Shown in pieces: positions 23,335 to 34,194 of a stretch of DNA of 64,000 nt (position 1 is the stretch's first letter; each line of letters begins with the position of its first letter). Location of the stretch: positions 115,322,001 through 115,386,000 of the forward strand of contig NC_086108.1 of assembly GCF_963921235.1 (NCBI RefSeq), in the 5' to 3' direction. The notes under the pieces are model-generated. The model made no database searches and had not been told where the DNA came from. It saw only the letters and a program-made list of their open reading frames with translations. Source of the DNA: Mobula hypostoma (lineage: Eukaryota). Both the position numbers and the translations under genes were made by a program.

Positions 23335-24886
23335 ATCAGAATATCAGAATCAGAATCAGATTCATTATCACTGGCATATGTCGTGAAATTTGTTAACTTA
23401 GCAGCAGCAGTTCAATGTAATACATAATATAGAAGAAAAAAAACAAAATAAATGAATAATAACAATAAATAAATAAACCAATTACAGTATACTTATCAGA
23501 TTAGATTAGATTATGAGGACACTCAGTCCTCGTTTATTGTCATTTAGAAATGCATGCATTAAAAATGATACAATGTTCCTCCAGAATGATATCACAAGAA
23601 ACACAAGACAAACCAAGACTGAAAAACTGACAAACACCACATAATTGTAACATATAGTTACAACAGTGCAAAGCAATACCATAATTTGATAAAGAGCAGA
23701 CCATGATCCCGGTAAAAAAAAAGTCTCAAAGTTCTGATGGCCTCATCATCTCACGCTGACGGCAGAAGGGAGAAACTCTCCCTGCCATGAACCTCCAAGC
23801 GCCGCAAACTTGCCGATGCCGCGCCATTGGAAGCACCCGACCACAGCGGACTCTGAGTCCATCCAAAAACTTTGAGCCTCCGACCAGCCCTCCGACACCG
23901 AGCACCATCTCTGCCGAGCGTTTCGACCCCGGCCTCGGCCGCTGAGCAACAAGCAAAGTCGAGGATTCAGGGCCTTCTCCTCCGGAGATTCTGGATCACA
24001 CAGTAGCAGCGGCAGTGAAGCGGGCATTTCAGAAGTTTCTCTAGATGTTCCTCTGTGCTCTCATGTCCGTCTCCATCAAATCAGGATTGTGCACGGCACC
24101 CTACTTGACAAATAACAGACATCACCACCGGAGTGGCCGCTGTGAGCTGCTTCGCGCCGCCATCTTCTCCTTCTGCCGATTATATTGAATAGATTAAAAA
24201 TCGTGCAAAAACAGAAATACTATATATTTTTAAAAAGTGAGGCAGTGTCCAAGGGTTCGATGTCCATTTAGGAATCAGATGGCAGAGGGGAAGAAGCTGT
24301 TCCTGAATCGCTGAGTGTGTGCCTTCAGGCTTCTGTATCTCTGCCTGATGGTATTAGTGAGAAAAGGGCATGCCCTGGGTGCTGGAGGTCCTTAATAATG
24401 GACGCTGCCTTTCTGAGACACCACTCGGTGAAGATATTCTGGATACTTTGTAGGCTAGTACCCAAGGTGGAGCTGACTAGATTTACAACCTTCTGCAGCT
24501 TCTTTCAGTCCTGTGCAGTAGCACCCCCATACCAGACAGTGATGCAGCCTGTCAGAATGCTCTCCATGGTACATCTATAGAAGATTTTAGGTGTATTGTT
24601 GGACGTACCAAATCTCTTCAAATTGCTAATTAACTATAGCCACTGTCTTGCCTTATAACTACATCAATATATTCGGACCAGGTTAGATCCTCAGAAATCT
24701 TGACATCCAGGAACTTGAAACTGCTCCCTCTCTCCACTTCTGATCCCTCTATGAGGATTGATATGTGTTCCTTCATTTTACCCTTCTGGAAATCCACAAT
24801 CAGCTCTTTCATCGTACTGACGTTGAGTGTCAGGTTGTTGCTGCGACACCACTCCACTGGTTGGCATATCTCACTCCTATACTTCT
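23335..24886 (-). mobile_element. 5'-truncated Rex1/Babar LINE, interrupted by a nested element
   Basis: (atcaga)n tail at the left end; ORF 24630-24920 reads EWCRSNNLTLNVSTMKELIVDF...FKFLDVKISEDLTWS. Confidence 0.85.
23497..24179 (-). mobile_element. Non-autonomous ~680 bp non-LTR retroelement (SINE-like) with TTAT TSD
   Basis: TTAT at 23493-23496 and 24180-24183; (attag)n tail at the left end; CpG-rich 5' end containing AAGATGGCGGCG on the minus strand; no coding potential. Confidence 0.72.
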
Positions 24887-24887
24887 T

Positions 24888-25180
24888 GTAGCAGGCAGGT
24901 GTTCCAGAGATTGTCTTCAACTGCTGAACCCCTGCAGTAGGCAGATGTTCCAGAGATTGTCTTCAACTGGTGAACTCCAGCAGTTAGGCAGATGTTCCAG
25001 AGGTTGTCTCCAACTAGTGAACCCCTGCAGTAGGTAGATGGTCCAGAGATTGTCTGCAACTGGTGAACTTCAGCAGTAGGCAGATGTTCCAGAGGTTGTC
25101 ACCAACTGGTGAACTCCAGCAGTAGGCAGATGTTCCAGAGGTTGTCACCAACTGGTGAACTCCAGCAGTAGGTATATGGT
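24888..25180. repeat. 46-bp minisatellite (gtaggcagatgttccagaggttgtctccaactggtgaactccagca), ~6 copies; orphan unit at 23287-23332
   Basis: Directly visible tandem units. Confidence 0.92.
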
Positions 25181-25269
25181 CCAGGCCCTGGACCTCATCC
25201 TGCTGGACTGTAGGGAGTATAGATGAATCTATGACCAGAGGCTGGAACCTCAGAATAGAGGTTGTGCCC

Positions 25270-25560
25270 TCTTTTCTTCCCTATCCCCTTTCAATTCCCT
25301 ATTTTGTTTCCCCTCTCACCCCTTCCTCCCATGATCCAAGCCTTTCTCCTATCAGAGTCCTTCTTCTTCATCTCTTTACGTCTTCCACCTATCCCCTCCC
25401 AGCTTCTTACTTCATCTGGTCTCACATATCGCCAGCCAGCTTGTGCTCCTTCCCCTTCCTCACCTCTTTTCCAGTCCTGATGATGGGTTTCGGTCCAAAA
25501 TGTCAGCGGTTTAGTCATTAGCATAGATGCCGCCTGACCTGCTGAGTCCCTCCAGCATCC
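25270..25560 (+). mobile_element. Penelope-derived 3' repeat with degenerate hammerhead motif
   Basis: cagtcctgatgatgggtttcggtccaaaatgtcagc followed by atagatgccgcctgacctgctgagtccctccagca, as at 16360-16455. Confidence 0.7.
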
Positions 25561-25654
25561 AGTACGTGACAGATCGCTGAGAGGTGTGACGGGATATCCC
25601 CTCCTCCGAGCAGCGTCCCCCCGGGAGCCGTCGCCCCGTAGGAATCACGGAGAC

Positions 25655-25769
25655 CTGTCTCTGCACAGCCCGCAGCTGCTCGTCGTTGGATTCGGCTTCG
25701 GCAGCTGCTCTGAGCTGGTCGGGAAACGGATGACTTAGACTTTCAGTGAAATGCCGTAGAGTTAATTTG
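25655..25769 (-). CDS. Candidate coding exon, product unknown (KLTLRHFTESLSHPFPDQLRAAAEAESNDEQLRAVQRQ)
   Basis: Unique CpG-rich island with acceptor ttcctgtctgccag, one open frame and a weak donor (cag|gtctcc). Phase-compatible with 27810-27874. Confidence 0.27.
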
Positions 25770-26103
25770 CTGGCAGACAGGAACATTAAACACACGGTGG
25801 GGAGCAGGACAACTTCAGAATGCCTGATTCATCAAAAACTCTTCCCCTTCCTCGCTGGTTTAATTCCCGTTCAGACTCGGTGCCGGCAGCCCGGGATTAT
25901 TTCTCAGTTAACCGTGAAGAAAGGGAGTTCCTGCGCGACCTGGAGGGTCCTGGGGTTGGGCGGCGAGGGACTGAGTGACGGGGGAGCCACTCAGTCTGCC
26001 TCCTGCACAGGGCGAGGCCAAGAACTGTGGTTGGGCCGGGTTAGACCCAGCAATGGATGTCAGTCCCACGGTTCCTCCCGGGCAATGCATCTGGATTTGA
26101 GAA

Positions 26104-27431
26104 TGTTGGGACAGAAATCTGGGATTGTTGGGATTAGGAACTTGAGTACCAGGAACTGGACTACGTTTATTAAGAATGCTAGGGAAGCCAAGGAGCGAGA
26201 ACAATATGATAACATGAGGGTAGACGAAGAGTGACAAACCGGAAACCTGGACTTGGACTTGGGACTTGAACTTAACAGGGAACACAGGTCATGACTCGGG
26301 ACTCAGGTCTTGGCAGGGACTCGGCACCAGGGCCTAGACTCGGACTCGGACTTGGCTTCGACTTTACTCGGACTTGGCTTGGATGGAACATGACTCCCAA
26401 CTTGGACTTGGAACTTGGCTCTCGACTTGCACTAGGTTCAGACTTCACTTAGACACAGGACACAGAACCCTGAGCCGGGGCTCCTCCTTGGATACAGGAC
26501 ATAGGCCCGGGACTCTTCTTAAGGCTGATTTATACTTCTGCGTCAACTCGACGCCATAAGTACAGTGCCGCCGCGAACCCTACGCAGAACCTACGCGGAT
26601 CCCTACGCCATAGCATGACGCGCACCTCTCCCAAAATGTAACTACGTGTCTTGGCAACACAGACCGCAACAACTGCGATTGGTCCAATTGGTAGCATCGC
26701 ATTTCCTCCTACGCAGCAATAGCTTCCCATTGGGTGACTGAAAGACAGGGAAGGAACTCTGGCTGCAATGCTTTCCATACAGCTTTACAGACCTCCGAAA
26801 TTATGGAGGACACATTTCACTTTTACGAACAAAGACGCTCGCTTTAAACTTGTTCACCCTGAGAAAGACTACCAAGACCATGAAGCCTTGTGCAGGCAGG
26901 TGTGTGCGCATGCATGACGTGCCCGAATTGCAGAGCGACGCAGACACACCAATGCACAAGTATAAATATTGACAACGTGAGTAGGCCACTTGCGTAGGTT
27001 ACGGCATTGAGTTGACGCAGAAGTATAAATCAGCTTTTAGACACAGGGCACAAAACACTGAGACTGCTCCCCACTCAAGGTAGTGGCAAACGGCTGGACC
27101 TACCAAGTGGAGATGAGGACATGAAGAGACAAAACCACACAACGATACATAGTTCTTTTATCTTGGCATGAAGTGGCTCCAAGTAATGGCGAGCTCTCGA
27201 CGTGGCCCAGGAACTACAGACAGCAGCTCTAATTTCACTCCGGTGGGTTAACTTGATGGGGATTTTGACAAGGTTAATGACGAGGATGGTCCATCAAGGA
27301 ATCACTGGACCCCAGAACTATTCATGTTGCCAGCCTGAAACGAGAATCAGGTGCCTCAATTAAGGTGCCCAATGGAACAAAGGTAAAAAAGGAATAGCCG
27401 GAATATGGAATCCATGGATCGGACCGTGACA
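26104..27431 (-). mobile_element. Probable LTR remnant (solo-LTR-like), interrupted by a MITE
   Basis: Minus strand starts TGTCACGG at 27431, has internal short repeats (caagtc-like) and AATAAA at 26166-26171. Left boundary uncertain; no TSD found. Confidence 0.45.
26522..27036. mobile_element. PIF/Harbinger-type MITE, 515 bp
   Basis: 28-bp TIRs AGGCTGATTTATACTTCTGCGTCAACTC / GAGTTGACGCAGAAGTATAAATCAGCTT (1 mismatch); TTA on both flanks (26519-26521, 27037-27039); subterminal ctacgc repeats. Confidence 0.9.
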
Positions 27432-27708
27432 GGGTGACCCTTTAGAAACAGAGGTAAGGATGAAATTTTTTTAGCCTATGAGTAGTGAATCTATGGAATG
27501 CCCTCCCATGGACTGCGGAGGAGGCCAAGTCCATGGGTATATTTAAAGCAGTAGTTGATAGTTACTTGATTGGTCAGGCTATCAAAGGTTATGGCAAGAA
27601 GGCAGGTGTATGGGGTTGAGTTGGATCTGGGACTAGCCATGACGGAATAGTGGAATAGACTTGATGGGCTGAATAACTTAATTCTGCTCCTATGTCTTAC
27701 GGTCTTAT
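27432..27708 (+). mobile_element. CR1 3' fragment
   Basis: Collinear with 11313-11578; tail attctgctcctatgtcttacggtcttat. Confidence 0.85.
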
Positions 27709-27809
27709 CGAATGCGCCAATCTAGGCTAATGCTGACGCAGTTCTGAATGTGCCGAACTGGCTGCTGACTGCCTCGCACCAAGCCATCACTGACCCCCTT
27801 TGCATTCAC

Positions 27810-27874
27810 CTCGATGCTTCAATCTTCCTTGCTGCTTTGAGATTATCCTGCACCTCATCTCTGGTCTTTTCCAT
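27810..27874 (-). CDS. Candidate first coding exon, product unknown (MEKTRDEVQDNLKAARKIEAS)
   Basis: ATG with +4 G and an in-frame upstream stop; donor AG|GTGAAT; the phase-2 end matches the candidate exon at 25769. A competing plus-strand exon lies at 27878-27980. Confidence 0.25.
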
Positions 27875-28274
27875 TAGTCAGCTTGTGTTCTCGGACCTTT
27901 TCGGCCCACGGTCACCGACCTCCATGAAGCAGCTCTCCAGAGGGAGCACCTTGTTAGATCCTTTGATTGAGTTTTCAACTGTATGTCACAGGCCAGAAGT
28001 TCCCAGAACATAAACAAGACAAAAAGAACATGCAGAAGACGTGGAAAAAATAAAATAATTATAATGTTTTGCTACCTAAAAGATGTTGCCTGTGGAATTG
28101 ATGTTTGCTGGAGCCATTTTGATAGGAAATGTGCTGGCAGTGTTTTCCACGAACCCAGCACTCTCTGTATAAATAAGCTACTTTTAACATCCCCCTGTAC
28201 ATTGCTCCAGTCACCTTAAAGTTATGCCCCTCGTATTAACCATTTCCACCCTGGGAAAAAAATCTCTGGTATTC

Positions 28275-29133
28275 ATTCAAAGTTCAAAGTTTAAAGTATA
28301 TTTATTTTCAAATGCCACCATATAAAACCCTGAGATTCATTTTCTTCTGGGCATACTCAATAAATCCATAATAGAATAGTAACCATAATAGACCACACCG
28401 GCATGCAAAAGACAAAAGCTATGAAAATACAGAACAAAAGAAATAATAGTTATAAGTAGACAATAAAGATTGAGAACATGAGATGAAGGCTCCTTGAGAA
28501 TGAGTCCATGGTTATGGGAACATTTCAATGATGGGCTGAGTGAAGTTCTCCCATTTGGTTAAGGAACCTGATGGTTGAGGGGTAGTAACTGTTCCTGACC
28601 CCGATGGTGATAGCTCTGAGGCTCCTGTATTTTCATCCTGATGGCAGCAGCGAGAAGACAGCATGACCTGGGTGGTGGGGGTCCCCGGTGTTGGTTGCTG
28701 CTTTTCTGTAACAACACTTTGTGTAGATGTGCTCAATGGTGGGGAGGGCTTTACCCATGATGGACTAGGCCATACTCTTTGCTTTCTGTAGGATTTTCCA
28801 TTCAAGGGCATTGGTGTTTCCATAGCAGGCTGTGATGCAGTCAGTCAGTATACTCTTCATCACACATTTGTAGACATTTGTCAAAAAATTAGATGTCATA
28901 GCAAAGCTTCACAAACGTCAAAGGAAGTAGAAGCATTTCCATGCTTTCTTCATAATTGCACTTATGTGCCTGGCCCAGGAGAGGTTCTCCGAAATAATAA
29001 CACCAAGGAATTTGCTGACCTTCGCCACCTCTGATCCTCTGATGAGGACTGGCTCATGGACCTCGGTTTCCTCCTCCTGAAGTCAATAATCAGCTCTTTG
29101 GTCTCGCTGACATCAAATGAGAGATTGTTGTTG
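28275..29133 (-). mobile_element. 5'-truncated Rex1/Babar LINE
   Basis: Tail ttcaaagttcaaagt; ORF piece LCHNNNLSFDVSETKELIIDFRRRK. Confidence 0.85.
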
Positions 29134-29942
29134 TGGCACAATTGCAAATGTCACTCCACTCTTTAAGAAAGGAGGAAGGCAGCAGAAAGGAAATTATAGA
29201 CCAGTTGGCCTGACCTCAGTGGTTGGTAAGATGTTGGAGTCTATTGTTAAGGATGAGGTTATGGAGTACTTGGTGACACAGGACAAAATAGGACAAAGTC
29301 AGCGTGGTTTCCTTAAGGGAAAATCTTGCCTGACAAACCTGTTGGAGTTCTTTGAGGAGATTACAAGTAGGATAAATAAAGGGGTTGTAGTGGATGTTGT
29401 ATATTTGGACTTTCAGAAGGCCTTTGACAACGTGCCTCACATGAGGCTACTTACTAAGTTAAGAGCCCATGGTATTATAGGAAAGTTACTGGCATGGTTA
29501 GAGCACTGGCTGATTGGTGGAAGGCAGCGAGTGGGAATGAAAGGATCCTTTTCTGGCTGTCTGCCAGTGACTAGTGGTGTTCCACAGGGATCGGTGTTGG
29601 GACCACTTCTTTTTATGCTGTATATAAATGATTTAGATGATGGAATAGATGGCTTTGTTGCAAATTTTGCAAATGATACAAAGATTGGTGGAGAGGCAGG
29701 TAGTGTTGAGGAAACAGGAAGGCTGCAAAAGGACTTAGACAGATTAGGGGAATGGGCAAGAAGGTGGCAAATGAAATACAATGTTGGAAAATGCATGGTC
29801 ATGCACTTTGGTGGAAGAAATAAATGTGCAGACTATTTGGAGTCCTTGTGCAGATCACCCTTAAGGTTAACTTGCAGGTTGAGTCTGTGGTGAGGAAGAC
29901 ATATGCAATGTTAGCATTCATTTCAAGAGGTGTACAATACAA
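29134..29942 (+). mobile_element. CR1 RT core fragment with open frame
   Basis: ANVTPLFKKG...NYRPVGLTS...VDVVYLDFQKAFD...GVPQGSVLGP...FANDTK; the catalytic DD is mutated to ND. Confidence 0.92.
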
Positions 29943-30280
29943 AAAACATAAAAACATAGAAACATAGAAAACCTACAGCACAATACAGGCCCTTTGGCCA
30001 ACAATGCTGTGTCGAACATGTACCTAATTTAGAAAGTACTTAGGGTTACCCATCACTCTCTATTTTTCTAAGCTCCATGTACCTATCCAGGAGTCTCTTA
30101 AAAGGCGCTATCGTATCAATTGCTTAAAAAAACATTCCATCTTCGTCTTCTCTGAGGACTAAGGAATGGGCAATAATTGTCAACTACTTCCAGAGAAATG
30201 AAACAGAAATAAATGAATGGAATAAAAATGGAAATTGGGGAAGAATGCTGAGGTTAGTATTGTTGGGGCATTTAAGGGTA

Positions 30281-30697
30281 TATAACAAATACTAATTTCA
30301 CCAGCAACAAATCTTCAGCCATGAATGTGGTTTGTAGATTGAATTTAAAATGCAGGCCCTGAACAATTGCTTTCCTGGAGCTGTGGACTGGAGTTGATTG
30401 CAAACCAAACAATGCCGATTAACATTCATTTCTGGAGTCTGGACTGTGGGTGTGAAGAAGAAGGTGTCTGAAAACTATCTGTAATTCAAAGGAAGCATCG
30501 TAGACACATTGTAACTGTAGAATTGTCCTGCTGTTACCTTTGATCTTTAGCATATAAAAATGTCATGTAACATTGGGTCAGGAGGCCTCTTCGTCCGAAA
30601 GGGTCTCAATATGATGCCTCCTGCTTGTTTTTGTTGAATAAAACACTTTCGTATCCATTCGCTTCAGCGCCTCTCCAGTGACTTTGTTCATGTTACA
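30281..30697 (+). mobile_element. Probable solo LTR (~417 bp)
   Basis: Ends TATAACA...TGTTACA (imperfect inverted termini), TATA-like catataaaaa at 30551-30560, AATAAA at 30637-30642. Flanks ggta / aata are not a clean TSD. Confidence 0.55.
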
Positions 30698-31304
30698 AAT
30701 ATCAAAGGCTAATTCAAAGAGATTCAAAAATGACGAAAATATGCTATTGCTTCCTACTATAGAGGCTCTCCCATGTAAAAGACTACGTGCTTTCAATGAC
30801 AGCGTAGTGCCATCTACTAAGCCGTTATAAAGTGTCCCTTAATAAGTACTATTACGATCTTTGAAGCTGACATTTCTGTTGTTATTGGTGTTGGCCACCA
30901 GCACAGACATGGTAGACATCTGAAGAGTAAAAGTAGGCCTGCAGTCTGCAGACGAGACAACCGCAGCCTGGTTCTTTTACACTTGCAGAAATAATACCAT
31001 CATTGGTGTGATTTCAGCGTGCCACAGTGCTGACATTGCTGAGGAACTTGCCTGGGCTGGGCTTGGAAATGAGCTGAAGAACAGGCCACCTCCCGGGTTA
31101 CAGTTGCCCATAATATTATTACGTTCCAAAGTCCAACATATTTAGTACATATGTTCATTCCTATGAATGGCAGAATTTTCTCTCTCTCACACACACACTT
31201 CCTCCTCTTAGTACTTGTTCTCTCTTATCAGTCTTAAGTGTTTTAGATGCCATTCATTCCAATTCTGTGGAGGTATGGTTAACATATCAAGTGATCTTTA
31301 TGTA

Positions 31305-31620
31305 GTTCCTGACTTATCACCCAGGTCATGCCTTGTTCTCATTGTTACTGTTAGGAAGGAGGTACAGAAGCCAGAAGGCACACACTCAGTGATTCAGGAA
31401 CAGCTTCTTCCCCTCTGCAATCTGATTTCTAAATGGACATTGAACCCATGAACACCACCTCACTATTTTTTAATTTCTATTTTTGCACTACTTATTTAAT
31501 TTTACTACTTAATATATACTCTTACCGTAGTTCACATTTTTTTCTATTACTATGCACTGCATTGTATTACTGCTGCAAAGACAACAAATTTCACAACATA
31601 TGCCAGTGATATTAAACTAA
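31305..31620 (+). mobile_element. Rex1 3' fragment
   Basis: cacccaggtcatgccttgttctc...ggaacagcttcttcccctctgcaatctgatttctaaatggac. Confidence 0.75.
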
Positions 31621-31624
31621 AGCG

Positions 31625-32225
31625 ATATTAAACAAGAGCAGGGATGTGATTCTGAGGTTTTATAAGGCACTGGTGAGTCCTCACCTTGAGTATTGTGAAC
31701 AGTTTTGGGCTCCTCATCTCAGAAAAGATGTCCTGGAGAGGGCTCAGAGGAGGTTCACGAGAATGATTCTGGGAATGAAAGGGTTATCATACGAGGAACA
31801 TTTGATGGCTCTGGGTCTATTCTCAGCAGAATTTAGAAGGATGAGGGGGATCTAATTGAAATCTTTTGAATGTTGAAAGGCTTAGACAGAGTAGAAGTGG
31901 AAAGGATGTTTCCCATGGTGGGGGAGTCTAGGACAAGAGGGCACAGTCTCAGGATAGAGGATGTCCATTTAAAACAGTGATATGAAGAAATTTCTTTAGC
32001 CAAAGAGTGGTGAATTTGTGGAATTTGTTACCACAGACACTTGTGGAGGTCAGGTCATTGGGTGTATTTAAGACAGAGCTTAATAGGTTCCTGATTGACT
32101 ACAGCATCAAAGGTTATGGGGGGAAGGCCTGAGGAGAGGAAAAAAGATCAGCCATGATTGAATGGTGGAGCAGACTCAATGGACAAAATGGCCTAATTTT
32201 GCTCCCATATTTTATGTTCTTACAA
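31625..32225 (+). mobile_element. CR1 3' fragment
   Basis: ORF piece LRFYKALVSPHLEYCEQFWAPHLRKDVLERAQRRFTRM. Confidence 0.88.
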
Positions 32226-32314
32226 CACAACTCAGTCAGATTTTCAACCTTCCTCCTATATGCTGATTCATCACCACCTTTGATTCGCCTTTGGGTGGTT
32301 TGGACTATATGAAG

Positions 32315-32640
32315 TGATTAGAGTATCTCAGAAGCTGCTGATCTCCTGGGATTTTTGCACTCAACAGTCTCTAGAGTTAAGAGAGAAAGATGTGAAAAGC
32401 AAAAATAAAACAGTAAGCAGGAGTTCTGTGGGTGAAAATGAGGGAGGTGAGAGGAGAATGGCCAGACTGGCTCAAACTGACAGGAAGGTGACAGTAACTC
32501 AAATAACCAGGCGTTACAACAGCGGTGTGCAGAAGAACATCTCTGAATGCACAACACGTTGAACCTTGAAGTGGATGGGCTACAGCAGCAGAAGATCATG
32601 AACACATGCTCAGTGGCCACTTTATTGGGCACAGGAGGTA
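32315..32640 (+). mobile_element. Tc1-like transposon remnant (N-terminal HTH region)
   Basis: ISEAADLLGF...ERRMARLAQTDRKVTVTQITRRYNSGVQKNISECTTR..LKWMGYSSRR, followed by ctcagtggccactttatt, which resembles a Tc1 terminal motif. Confidence 0.75.
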
Positions 32641-33227
32641 TCTAGAACATAGCCAGAATGTGTATTTTATGTATTCCACTGTACACTGCTGCAAAACAAC
32701 AAATTTCCTGGCATAGTGTATGTCAGTGATTATAAACTGGGCTCTGGTTCTGTAATACAGAATCTGTTTCTACTGTCACCCCAGGCAGCACATTCTAGGC
32801 ACACATCACTTACTGGGAAAGTAAATCTCCTTTAAACTTTCCCCCATCTGAGCTGAAAGCGAGACCCGTTTGTCATTACCATTCTATCTGGGACAAAGAC
32901 TCTCACTGTCTACAGTATCAATTCCTGTTGAAACATGTTGGCAAGTCCATTTGGCGGGGAGAGCTGCGTAGCCTCAGTTGATGCACGGAACACGGAAAGA
33001 GACGCCAGAGGTGGTGTGGGAGACAGTGGATTCCACATTGTGGCTACTATTTGGAGGCCTATCTAGGATTCCCATAATGGTTTATTTTTACCTTTGCAGT
33101 TTCTTAACTCCACCCACAAAGATTCAATATTTTCTGACTCTAAATTTGTCACCTCTTTCTTTTCCAATGTTTTATTAATTTTACATATAAGAATACACAG
33201 TACAAGAAAAAGAAAAAAAAATATATG

Positions 33228-33505
33228 AGTTGAGAGTTAAAGGGCAAAAGTTTAGGGGTAATATGAGGGGGAACTTCTTTACTCAGAGAGTGGTGGCTGT
33301 GTGGAACAAGCTTCCAGCAGAAGTGGTTGAGGCAGGTTCGATGTTGTCATTTAAAGTTAAATTGGATAGATATATGGACAGGAAAGGAATGGAGGGTTAC
33401 GGGCTGAGTGCAGGTCAGTGGGACTAGGTGAGAGTAAGAGTTCGGCATGGACTAGAAGGGCCGAGATGGCCTGTTTCTGTGCTGTAATTGTTATATGTTA
33501 TATCG
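33228..33505 (+). mobile_element. Young CR1 3' fragment
   Basis: RVKGQKFRGNMRGNFFTQRVVAVWNKLP...LDRYMDRKGMEGYG plus tail. Confidence 0.88.
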
Positions 33506-33946
33506 TTATATCAATACATTATACTAAATCGTGTATAAAGTCTCCTTACCCTATAGTCATATAAATTAATCAATTCCTCTCGTTGAAATATAGTGATTTT
33601 ATTATATAAGATCTTTCTAAATTTGAACTTGAAGAGACGCAAGTAGAGTACATAGAATCTTCTTTCTATGGTCGACGTATCAGGATGAAGGTGAGAGGAA
33701 ATGGGGTTTAAAAAGGGTCTGAGGGGTGAGTGGTGGGCTACTGGAGCTCGCTGCCAGAGGAATCTGACAGAGCCACCATATTAAAGAGATATTTTGAAGG
33801 AAACTTAAATAGGCCGAGCATAGGATATGGTCCTCAACTTTGCAAAAGGGCTTAGAGATTAGTGCAGGTAGAGAAAAAGGGTCAACATGAGTGTGAGAGG
33901 CTGAAGGGCCTGTTTCTGTACTGTACCACGCTGTAAGTGTATGAAG

Positions 33947-34135
33947 AACACACAAAATGTTAGAGGAACTCAGCAGGTCAGGCAGCATCTATGGAGGGAA
34001 ATAAGCAGTCGGCATTTCAGGCTGAGACCCTTCATCAGGACTGGAAATAATCTCAGCACAAAACATTGACAGTTGATACCCCTCTGTAGATGCTGCCTGA
34101 CTTGCTGAGATCCCCCAGCATTTTATGTGTGTTCT
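33947..34135. mobile_element. Palindromic (inverted) Penelope-derived repeat carrying a hammerhead-like motif
   Basis: Left arm acacacaaaatgttagaggaactcagcaggtcaggcagcatcta is an imperfect reverse complement of right arm tagatgctgcctgacttgctgagatcccccagcattttatgtgtgt. Confidence 0.75.
34006..34043 (-). ncRNA. Minimal hammerhead-ribozyme-like motif (probably inactive)
   Basis: Minus strand reads CAGTC-CTGATGA-AGG gtctcag CCT-GAAA-T-GCC-GACTG. Helix I (CAGTC/GACTG) and the core boxes are intact; the cleavage triplet is GCC rather than NUH. Confidence 0.6.
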
Positions 34136-34194
34136 TCAACACTTCTGGCATCTCCAGAATCTCTGCTCTTTGTGTCTGTGAACGCTTGTGTCAG

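Noticed and set aside
30805..30822. CTCF-like motif tgccatctactaa
   Set aside because: Lacks the conserved terminal GG of the consensus; an isolated partial match.
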